Assembly: GCA_964016885.1 (NCBI GenBank)
Contig: OZ024747.1
Coordinates: 51,026,001 to 51,090,000 of the forward strand
Direction: 5' to 3'
Source: Eledone cirrhosa
Lineage: Eukaryota
DNA length: 64,000 nt
Every line of letters starts with the position of its first letter. Position 1 is the first letter of the stretch. The translations under genes were made by a program, and so were the position numbers. The notes beneath the pieces are model-generated. The model saw nothing but the letters and a program-made list of their open reading frames with translations. It was not told the origin of the DNA and did no database searches. Below, piece after piece: positions 51,356 to 64,000 of this stretch.

Positions 51356-51748
51356 CAATAAAAATAATAATAATATTTTATATATATATATATTTTATTA
51401 TGATCATTGGATCGGAGAGGATGGATTGATGGTGGTGAAGTGGATATTAGTTGGTTGAATGGATGGGTGGAGAAGGGGGAGGCGCAAAGAAACGATGTCC
51501 ATGTGTTCAGCGCTAGTCCACAATGGTTTTATGGGTTTTAATCCTGTCCAAAGACAAATGGCGTTTGATGTGCAATTAGATAGTTGTAAAAATATCAAGA
51601 CACACACTGAGAGGGGAGAGAGAAAGAGATAGAGAGAGAGAGAATTTGTTATCTGGATGGAATAGCTTTTAGCCATTCACCATACTTAATATACATATGC
51701 ACATACACATACGCAGAAACAGATGCATGGATGTATATGTGAATGTGA

Positions 51749-51792
<44 letters not shown>

Positions 51793-52222
51793 TTTCATAT
51801 ATATATATATATATATACATGCACATTTTCGTGTGTCTGCTTGTGTGTATGTGAGTCAGTTTTTCCTACATCTATATACGTATCTGTATGTATGTGTTTG
51901 CGTTTGTTGTCCTGTTTTCATGAATGGTATTAATTAGAAAGACGAATAAGAAATAAAACGCCAAAGCAAGAAGGAGAGAAAGAAAGAAAGAGAGACAACT
52001 GCAACAATAACAACAATAACAACAATAACACGAACAAAAGTAAAACAATAAGGAAGAACAGAAGAAATGTGATTGAATGAATGAAATAATAGGTTTATGA
52101 AGGAAAGAAAGATGGATTAAAATTAGAGAGCGGGGCTGGGAGAATGAGAGGTAGAGATAGAGAGACAGATAGAGTAAAGAAAATAAGAGAGAAAGATACC
52201 ACCTTATAGATAAATACAAACA

Positions 52223-52265
<43 letters not shown>

Positions 52266-52267
52266 AT

Positions 52268-52318
<51 letters not shown>

Positions 52319-52898
52319 GAGAGAGACAGGTAGACACACAGAAAGTAGAATATGCAGAGAGGAATGATATAAAAAGGGAGACTGTTAGATATAGCATAAG
52401 AGTGAGATAGAGAGGAAGAGAGAGAATAGATTGAGCGCGCGTGTGTGTGTGTGTGTGTGTATTTATATATGTGTGTGTATGAGTGAGAGCAATGCAGAAA
52501 TAACATTTTCTTAAATAAGCACAAAGATACATGTTCTGTGTAGTAGAGACAAATTAGGGGAAGTGACAATAAAATTCCTTCTCTCAGTAATTGACTGTTA
52601 TTTTATCGAAACCATAGTTAACTAAGAGTATAAAGTTGAACAGAGCAGGATTTGAATTCAGAACGCATGTATTCACAACGAAACATCGCAATGCCGTGTA
52701 CAGCAGTCTACACACTACATTTTATTTTACTTATACAATTTCATGCATCAGACTACTTTCCCTTAATATTCACACTTCTTTTTGTTTAATTATGTAAATT
52801 ATATCTGGTCAACAATATAGATAATTTTATATTCCAATATATAAAACGAATTTTTAAGCGGCAAGGCTAGGATCGACAGGAGTCTGGGGCAAATTATA

Positions 52899-52942
<44 letters not shown>

Positions 52943-53134
52943 TTGGTGCATATATATATTGTTATACTTGGGTAGGGTCATATTGTTGTAAAAATATTGC
53001 CAATATAATAACAGAACACACTCTCTGTTTGGTTGTTTTTCGCTTCTCTATTTTTTTATATTACAATCAGCGTTTATCATTGATTGACCAACGGTGAAAA
53101 ATACACATATAAATATATATAGATAGACTATATA

Positions 53135-53440
53135 TATGTGTACATCGTTATTTCAGACCACCAATCCTAATATCTAATTTTTGCTGGACCGGCAATGACT
53201 CTGTATAATCAGCTCTTGATTATTACTGGAATTCTATAAGAATCCACCTTCTATAATTTTCGGCGGAAGAAGGGGAGTACGTGGGTCTGATGAACGCCAG
53301 CCAGCGTGAAACAGACTGTCAGCTTCTCTCCCTTCTTACGCCGAAAAGAAGTAACTGACATAGTCACTACTTTAAAACTGATAGAATATGGTCTTCTAAA
53401 TATTTTTAATTAAACATACGGTATATTGCCAAATATACTA
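53135..53440 (+). mobile_element. Hammerhead-bearing short element (fourth family)
   Basis: Homologous to 63154-63620 (minus) and 1-55; shared ataatcagctc, tctataagaat and gtcactactttaaaac motifs. Confidence 0.7.
53257..53347 (+). ncRNA. Type I hammerhead ribozyme with extended stem I
   Basis: CTGATGA 53287-53293, stem II ACGC/GCGT, GAAA 53308-53311, stem III ACAGaCTGT, GUC site 53320; distal stem I ttttcggcggaagaaggggag/ctcccttcttacgccgaaaa; proximal stem I has a mismatch. Confidence 0.75.
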
Positions 53441-53490
53441 TACTATACATACATACATACATACATACATACATACATACATACATACAT

Positions 53491-53941
53491 GGTGGCTGCC
53501 AACTCGTTTTCGAGTACGGTCACTACTTTATATCCATGTAGGAGAACCCCTACCGATGCGCTGAACGAGTGTGACTTTTGAGTCCAGCCAGCGACTTGAA
53601 AACTCTGGTACAAACACTACACCTGTGACAATTATTGACACACAGTGCTGGGCCCATGGTACCATGTGATGACAAGTGCAGAGAGATCTCCAGATATAAA
53701 GCAATGCCTGTGCCGTGAAGCTTTTATAGTGAGCAAAGGCATTGCACAAAGCCAGTCCCACTCTCTTAACCAAGATGATATTTACCAAAAAGAAGAGCAA
53801 GTCAACATCATTGGATACCATCAGGGTTGCAGGTGTTATATCAAAGGGCAAAGGAGCTCTTAAGAGTCAATGGCCTTCCAAAATCACCGGGAGAGATGAC
53901 CCCTTAGCCTTTGTCAAGGCAGAATTCTAGGAGAAGGAAAA
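53491..53941 (-). mobile_element. RTE-derived non-autonomous element with 5' inversion (53844-53941)
   Basis: Same as 43125-43560 but distal ~95 bp in opposite orientation; (TACA)n both sides. Confidence 0.8.
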
Positions 53942-53957
53942 AAAAAACATACATACA

Positions 53958-53985
<28 letters not shown>

Positions 53986-53988
<3 letters not shown>

Positions 53989-54549
53989 GATGGGATAGCT
54001 AGAACCATCTGGAACGCACTTCGGAAAACAAAATTAACAACAAACGAGGAAGAATATATTGAGACAGATGGCACTAAGGAATACTGGTGGAACCTGAAAA
54101 TAAAAACTGCCACCAAATTAAAGCACAACCGGTCTGATATTGTAGTTTGGGACCACACATTGAAAACGTGTTCTGTTGTGGAGATCAGCTGCCCACTTGA
54201 TGTAAACGTTGTCAGAAAAATACAGGAGAAGGAGGACATCAACGGACCATTGATGAGGAGTTTACAAATCCAGTATCCAAGATACACCTTTAGCTTCATA
54301 CCCATCATTATTGGTGCTACGGGTTATATACCAACCCGCTTGGACCAAAGTATAACTGAACTTGGATTTGCGGACAAAAAGCGCAGCTCCCTAATTCATA
54401 GTCTACAAATGGCTGCGATAGCTGGCACCTTCAAAATTTGCAAATCATTCTTGCGATTCAAGAGATGACAATTTCTTTTCTTTTACAACCTTGCCACCAG
54501 GAAGGTGGCCGGTCAAAAAAATATACTCGAAATTAAGAGAAAGAGAAAA
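53986..54549 (+). mobile_element. 3' fragment of an RLE-type (R4-like) non-LTR retrotransposon in (TACA)n
   Basis: YWWNLKIKT...KHNRSDIVVWD...CSVVEISCPLDVNV..K..EK...FIPIIIGATG; stop 54468; (CATA)n tail. Confidence 0.85.
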
Positions 54550-54933
54550 CATACATACATACATACATACATACATACATACATACATACAAAGATATAT
54601 ATATATATATATACATAATTAAAGTACGAAGGAAACCTCTTTAAAACTACTCTAGTTAAAATTTATTTGTAGAATTTCCGAAGACGTCTTCACATTTTAA
54701 TTGTGAGAGGAAGTGAGTCAGTGACCAGGTCATAGACAGTACGGCGAATATTTTTATGAGAACTGTTCAACAAAGCAGATGTTACCTTAGACTCTTCAGC
54801 CTCTTCTCTGAACAGGTTTATCATATACTCGCTTTGCTTAATCATTGTAGATATATTATAACAAAATGAAAGAAAATTGAGTTTAACACACCTATTCACG
54901 AATCGAAGTGATAAGAAGCAACAAAAATAAAAC

Positions 54934-55119
54934 ATAATTGTTTCTACTTTAGGCACAAGGCCAGCAATTACCCAGTGCATTACTGGTACTTTATTTTATC
55001 TACCCCGTAAGGATGAAAGGCAAAGTCAACCTCGGCGGGATTTGAACTCAGATCGTAAAGGGACGTAACTATGCTGGAAAGCATGGCGTCCGACCCTCTA
55101 CCGATACTGCCAATCCACC
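54934..55119 (-). mobile_element. SINE-A with apparent target-site duplication
   Basis: Consensus match; acaaaaataaaacataat occurs at 54921-54938 and 55121-55138. Confidence 0.92.
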
Positions 55120-55586
55120 CACAAAAATAAAACATAATGGAAGAGTATGAGTTTAAAAATCAGGAAGTGTGACCTCCACCCCCAATGAAACAGAGTTTCG
55201 GGCTACATCTCACTTACAATCCACCGGGAAACGGCTTCTCCATTATGTCAGCCGGGGCTGTGGGGCGGCCAGCACGTGGGACCTGATTTGTTCACAATAC
55301 AGAGAGATGAGGAGGGCGAGAGTGATGAGGGCGATGACGGTGGGAGTTCGGTTCTTCCGTGTTCGGGGGGAACATTGCACCTGTCAAGAATGTAATTTCA
55401 TACTTGTGACCACGGACATTGCATGTAAAGCATTGATGTTCGTTTTTCTCTCTGCTGTCATCCCATTCTTATCACCAACTTCACCCCAAGTCTTCAGATG
55501 GACTAATACTAAAGACAGACAAATGTTAATTCTTCAGAATCTAGACAGAGAGGAAGGACAAATGACAGAAAGTAAGAGAAATGTGC

Positions 55587-55648
<62 letters not shown>

Positions 55649-56334
55649 AACAACAAACAGCGCAGGACGCGTTTCGCACCTTTCCGACAGACAACCTTTC
55701 CCCCACCCGGAAAAAAAACCCACTTGATATATAGGGACAATTAAATCTCTCCCAAGGTAACTCTCTCTCGTGTTGTTATTTTTATTTTATCCTTTATACT
55801 CTTTCCTTCATTCTTCTACACGTCTTATACACACCACGCATCTCAACGTACACCCACTTACATCTCTCTCTCCACCACCGGATCTTGTTACCCGGAGATT
55901 TACCCATTTGCATTGTCGAGGCTTCCAAACGACTTAAAGATATTTACTTATTATTCCACAAAGCTTCAAGCAAACTTCAATACTCTCTTATATATATATA
56001 TATATATATGTATATATGAGTGTGTGTGTGTGTGTGTGTTCCTGTGAGTGTGTGTGTGTTTGTATACGTGTGTGTGCAAGTGGGAACAATTAAATTAAAT
56101 TGCTACAAAGATTGCATAGCGTGAATACGCGCGTTTCAAACGTTCAGTTACTGTAGGTTAACCAAAATGTTTTCGGACTTCTGTTATGGTAATGCCAGAA
56201 TGATCTGGCCTTACCATAGCATAAGTCCAACAACCTTTTCATTCCAGAGGCGGGTCAGATCGATACAGATCGAATCTTGCGTTGATCAATCGCGAAACGC
56301 ACGTGCCCTGGTCCTTTTTATAATTATTATTATG

Positions 56335-56678
56335 AGGCGGGGGATTGGCAGTATCAGGAGAGGGTCGGATCCCTTGCTTTGCAGTATTTTAGAGTTACGT
56401 CCCTTTATGGCCTGAGTTCAAATCCCGCCGAGGTTAACTTTGCCTTTCATCCTTACGGGGTCGATGAAATAAAGTACCAGTAATGCACTGGGGTCAATTT
56501 AATCGACTTTGCCCTCACCACAAATTACTGACTTTGTGCCTATACTAGAAATCATTATTATTATTATTATTATTATTAGAGGTTAACTTTGCCTTTCATC
56601 CTTACGGGGTCGATAAAATAAAGTACCAGTAATGTACTGGGTAATTGCTGGCCTTGTGTCTAAAGTAGAAACAATTAT
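56335..56678 (+). mobile_element. Two SINE-A copies (56335-56556 full, 56579-56678 truncated) joined by (TTA)n
   Basis: Consensus match. Confidence 0.88.
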
Positions 56679-56835
56679 TATATATATATATATATATATA
56701 TACATGCATTCATACACATACATACATACATACATACAAACATACACATACATACATGCAAACATACACATATATACATACATACATACATACATACATA
56801 CATACATACATACATACATACATACATACATACAT

Positions 56836-57151
56836 GGTGGCTGCCAACTCGTTTTCGAGTACGGCCACTACTTTATATCAATGTAGGAGAACTCCTACCG
56901 ATGCGCTGAACGAGTGTGACTTTTTAGTCCAGCCAGCGACTTGAAAACTCTGGTAGAAACACTACACTTGTGACAATTATTGACACATAGTGCTGGGCCC
57001 ATGGTACCATGTGACGACAAGTGCAGAGAGATCTCCAGATATAAAGCAATGCCTGTGCCGTGAAGCTTTTATAGTGATCAAAGGCACTGCACAAAGCCAG
57101 TCCCACTCTCTTAACCAAGATGATATTTACCAAAAAGAAGAACAAGTCAAC
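56836..57151 (-). mobile_element. RTE-derived non-autonomous element, 5'-truncated
   Basis: Third copy; truncation at ACAT microhomology with (TACA)n. Confidence 0.8.
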
Positions 57152-57176
57152 ATACATACATACATACATACATACA

Positions 57177-57207
<31 letters not shown>

Positions 57208-57511
57208 TGTTTAGTCAGGTACTTTAGTTCAGTGATTCCTCTTCCGAGTGAGGCTGATAGCAATAGGTCACCAAACGAAACCGACCCTGCTTTTATGCAT
57301 GTCTCTATGTAATTTTGTGCATATATTTAGTGTGTTCATATGTGTATTTGCGCGTGTGTCCGTGCGTGCTTGCGTATAGGCTTTTATATGAATATGTGTG
57401 TTTGTTGGTGTACAGATATGTCGGGTGCAGAAATGACAGCATGATCTGCCATTAATAGGGCGCCATCTTTGTTATATGCGTACGTACACACACACACACA
57501 TATGAATATAC

Positions 57512-57573
<62 letters not shown>

Positions 57574-57575
57574 AT

Positions 57576-57657
<82 letters not shown>

Positions 57658-57676
57658 GTATGTATATATACATACA

Positions 57677-57759
<83 letters not shown>

Positions 57760-58029
57760 GTATATACATACATACATACATACATACATACATACATACA
57801 TACATACATACATACATACATGCATGCATACATACATACATACACTTATAATATACACACAACCCACACGCAGTCACATATCCTTTTCTTTCACCGTGAA
57901 TAAGTCGTTTTGTTTGGATCTTAGATATTTTCTCATTGAGAAATCTTTCCTTTGGTGTTTTATTTCAGCCATTCCATCCGGTCACTCATTCACTATTATA
58001 AACACTATTATATGATGTCCTCTCCCAAT

Positions 58030-58370
58030 GCTACCCCCACAGGCACCTACAACAACTACACTAACAACAAAAACAAACCACAACACCATCACACTAACTC
58101 CAACACCACTACAATACCAGCACGTCCATCAAGAACAAGTACAGCAAACAAAACAATAGCAACACCACATATCTTCTCCTGAGTATAGCTCCATAACCAC
58201 TACAACACAAACACCTACACCTCCAACACTAAAACCTAGAATAACTAACACAACATCAACACCATATACATTCTCCTCACACTAACTCCATCACCACTAC
58301 AACACAAACACCACAACAATACCAACCTAAACACCTACAGCACCACAGGCACCTACAACAACAACAACAC

Positions 58371-58414
<44 letters not shown>

Positions 58415-59398
58415 GCAACGTCGCAAATACCATCACCACCACAAACCCAGCATCACAACCACCATACCACCAACACCACCACCATACAACCACCACCACC
58501 ACAACCACCAACACCACTACCACCACAACCACCACCACCACCACCACAACCACCACCACCACCACAACAACAACAACCACCACTACCACCACCACCACAA
58601 CAACAACAACCACCACCACCACCACCACAACAACCACAACCAACACCACCACCACCACAACCACCACCACAGCCACCAACACAACCACCACCACCACCAC
58701 CACCACCACCACAATAACAACCACCACCACCACCACCACAAGCACCACCACCACCACCACAACCACAACCAACACCACCACCACCACAACCACCACCACC
58801 ACCACAACCACCAATACGAAATTCAAATCGTTTCTAAACGGAAAGAAAAATAATGTTGCTGTTGTTGGTGATGGTTGTATGGTGGTGATGGTGGTGATTG
58901 TGATATGCTGTTAGGGGATGGTGGTATGGCGGTATGGTGGTGATGGTGGTGATGGTGGTATGGTGGTGGTGATGGTGATATGGTGGTTGAAGTGGTACAT
59001 GTGATGGTGGTAGTGGTGATGGTGGTGTGGTGGTAGTGGTGATGGTGGTGTTGTGGTAGTGGTCATGGTGGTGTAGTGGTAGTGGTCATGGTGGTGATGT
59101 TAGTGGTAATATTGGTGGTGGTGGTGCTGGTGGTGTTGTCGGTGAGTAACGATATTGAAAATATGATGAGCCTAATGATGATGATGATGATGATGATGAT
59201 GAAGACGATAATGATGAATATGGTCGTGCTGACGACAATCACAACAGCAATGTGATTGAAGATGATGATGATGATGCTGAATAACAATATTAACAACAAC
59301 AATAACAACAATAACAACAATAATAACAATAACAACAATAATAACTACGATGACGGTGTTGTAGTAGAAGGATGTCATAACAAGAAAATATGCAGCAG

Positions 59399-59451
<53 letters not shown>

Positions 59452-59700
59452 ACAAATGCAGCCTTAACAACAACAACTATAACAACAACAACAGCAAAAA
59501 ACAAAGAAGAAGAAGAACAACAACAAAATGCAGCCTTAACAACAACAACTATAACAACAACAACAGCAAAAAAACAAAGAACAACAACCACAACAACCAC
59601 AACAACAAAATGCAGCCTTAACAACAACAACAGCAAAAAAACAAAGAACAACAACAACAACGAAGAGAAGAACAACGACACATCAAAAACTGAAAACAAT
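58030..59700. repeat. Compound triplet tracts (CAA/CAC)n, (GGT/GAT)n, (AAC)n
   Basis: Direct inspection; includes an internal ~70-bp duplication aaatgcagccttaacaac. Confidence 0.9.
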
Positions 59701-59845
59701 AAAAAGAAAATGTCAGAAAAACTAATGGTCGGTCGAATCCATGTTTGAATGGCGGACAGGTGGACACTCTGGCGGTGACTGGACAGAGATGACTGGAATC
59801 ACAAACTGGAAAGATAGCCAGATAGAAGTAAATGGACACACACAT

Positions 59846-61400
<1,555 letters not shown>

Positions 61401-62576
61401 GTATATGTAGATTTTTTCATTTTTGGTCCCAATTGTCGGACAACTGGCTAGGCCGATGGCTTAACGACCTGGTTTAACGACAGCCAAGTCAATTAAACGC
61501 AAGGCAAGCACTCGCCTTATATTATCCCCTCCTCCCCCCGTTCACTCTTTGCCTCTACATCTTTTTTTTTTTGTTTTTTTTTTGCCTTTACTATCTCTCA
61601 GTTCCCTTTCTCACTTTCTCCTCTCTCAGTTTTTCCTACTGATGTTTCTTACACAACATCTCTCTCTATCTCTTCCTCACACACACACACACATAATCTC
61701 TCGCCCTCTCTCCCTCTCTCTCTCTCTCTCATTATTATTTTCTCCATTCCTATTTACCTACCACCAGACCAGAGCAGACCAGACCAGACGCCAAACCCAA
61801 ACCTATGCCTCCATATTTTTGCTTTTTACATTTATATTTCATTTATATATTTTTTATCTTCTTCTAACCATTCCAATTCTCTGAAATATAACATTCCTCC
61901 TTCCCCCTCAACCTCCTCTACTCTTGAACCAGTCACATCTCCCCCCCCCCCCACTACTAACACTTACACCACCACAAACATCACCACTACCATGACTGCC
62001 ACCACAATCACCACCACTACCAACACCACCACTACCAACGCCACCACTACTACCTCGACCACAACCATGATCACCACCATTACAACTTTATAGAACACTT
62101 TTACCCCCCCCCCCCCCCCCACCACCATTAAACCCCCCCCCCCCCCCCCCCTCACACACACACACCACCATCATCACTACCACCACTGCCTACGACCACA
62201 ACCACCACCACCACCACCACCATCACCACCAACACCACCACCAATACCACCATCACCACCATTACCACCATCACCACCAACACCACCACTACCACCACCA
62301 CCAATACCACCATCACTACCTACGTCATCACCACCACTACCACCACCACCACCACCACCACCACCATTACCTCCTCAATCCCTGGCAACCATCCTAGCCA
62401 CTCTAATAACCCAGGCCAATATCACACGGCTATATAACTCCCTCTGCAATGGCTAAAGACAGCCAAGTTGTAATGTATGCCAGGACTTAATGTTGACTTT
62501 TTGATTTGCATGTATAGTCTATACATGCATTAACATTTTTTTGGTTTCTTTATCTCACCTGCTTTGAATATCTCTG

Positions 62577-62663
<87 letters not shown>

Positions 62664-62776
62664 CTCTCTCTCTCTCTCTCTCATACCCGAATATATAAGA
62701 ATTCTAACTCTCTTTCCCTCATCTTTCCTGTGGCCATTCTGTTCCTATATATATATATTATTATATTTGGGGAGGG

Positions 62777-62831
<55 letters not shown>

Positions 62832-62999
62832 CGTTGACGTACATGTAAGTCAATATTCATCTTTTTCCATTTATCTGAGGGTTCTAAACCCCATTATCAG
62901 ACTAGCATTTCTTTAGTCGAAAAATACGGTGAAAGCTATTCTATTTTCTAATTTCAAACCTGCTCACTGTTTCAAAACATACTTACATATATATATATA

Positions 63000-63121
63000 G
63001 ATAGATAAGGATAGGAAGAGATAGAGGGATGGAGAGAGAGTGGGAGAGGGAGAGAGAAACTGAGTAAACAGAGAGAGGATATTCTGAATAATGTTAACAA
63101 ACACACACATATATACACACA

Positions 63122-63160
<39 letters not shown>

Positions 63161-63622
63161 TTAGAATTGGAGCTCTGAAATAGCAATATATATATGGATG
63201 TATATATAATGTATTTTGCAATACACTTTATGCTTAATTAAAAGCATTTTGAAGACCGTAAGCTATTGTTTTAAAGTAGTGACAAATTCACTCACTTTGA
63301 TCTCAGCAAACAGGGGAGATAAGCCGACATGACATGTTTCGCTTTTGTTGAAGCTTATCAAGGCCAACTACCCCACCTGTCTACTGAGATCAATGATGTT
63401 ATATTCTTATAGAAATCTAGTAAATAATCAGGAGCTGATTATGCAGAGCGGTTGTTGGTCAGGCAGAAATTAAAAATTAGAATTGGAGCTCTGAAATAGC
63501 AATATATATATGGATGAGATCAAAGTGAGTGAATTTGTCACTACTTTAAAACAATAGCTTACGGTCTTCAAAATGCTTTTAATTAAGCATAAAGTGTATT
63601 GCAAAATACATTATATATAGAT

Positions 63623-63659
<37 letters not shown>

Positions 63660-63779
63660 TGTGTGTATATATGTGTGTTTGTTAATATTATTCAGAATAT
63701 CCTCTCTCTGTTTACTCTGTTTCTCTCTCCCTCTCCCACTCTCTCTCCATCCCTCTATCTCTTCCTATCCTTATCTATC
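63000..63779. mobile_element. Nested inverted duplication around a degenerate hammerhead element
   Basis: Outer arms 63000-63153/63626-63779, inner arms ~63191-63303/63516-63630, direct repeat 63154-63200=63470-63516; minus-strand ggcc-TTGATAA-gctt..aagc-GAAA-catgtcatg-TC-ggct at 63322-63365. Confidence 0.75.
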
Positions 63780-64000
63780 ACACACGCTCTATAATTATAT
63801 GGTCTACATTTTCTGTTGTAATCCGCCATGCTCACTCGTCTCTATAGATTACTTAAACAGTTACAACATAATTCAATGTCCATTCCATAATCTCTTTCTC
63901 TCTATCGCTCTCTCTTTATATACATACGCACACACACACACATATATATACCCAGACATACATATGTATATCCAAATATATGTATGAATATAAATATAAA

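Noticed and set aside
55655-55700. Minus-strand GCGAAACGCGTC, typical of Penelope hammerhead 3' halves (similar motifs near 56145 and 56292)
   Set aside because: No CUGANGA core at a suitable distance; cannot be called a ribozyme

Overview
Repeat-saturated, AT-rich animal genomic DNA; the SINE families and extreme (TA)n/(CA)n/(TACA)n density suggest a cephalopod such as Octopus (inference, not verified). No host protein-coding gene can be supported, and almost all ORFs in the track are microsatellite artefacts. The only intact coding element is a full-length ~6.0-kb Tx1-type (L1 clade) non-LTR retrotransposon on the minus strand (ORF1 24307-26403, ORF2 20852-24271). It lies within a ~13-kb pile-up (17.1-30.5 kb) of retroelements, nearly all separated by (AAT)n: Tx1 copies and tRNA-SINEs on the minus strand, 5'-truncated R4/Dong-like restriction-endonuclease LINEs on the plus strand. 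A second niche is (TACA)n, holding a non-autonomous RTE-derived element and an R4-like fragment. The most striking non-coding signal is several small, unrelated inverted-repeat elements in (TA)n tracts carrying type-I hammerhead ribozyme motifs with palindromic stem III (7.8-8.5k, 8.9-9.35k, 48.8-49.5k, 53.1-53.4k; degenerate or truncated relatives at 0.7k, 5.8k, 6.1k, 42.8k, 63.3k), consistent with non-autonomous Penelope-like or retrozyme-like elements. The main SINE shares a 3' motif with the Tx1 tail. Also present: a 3.6-kb 20-bp satellite, minisatellites and DNA-transposon remnants.
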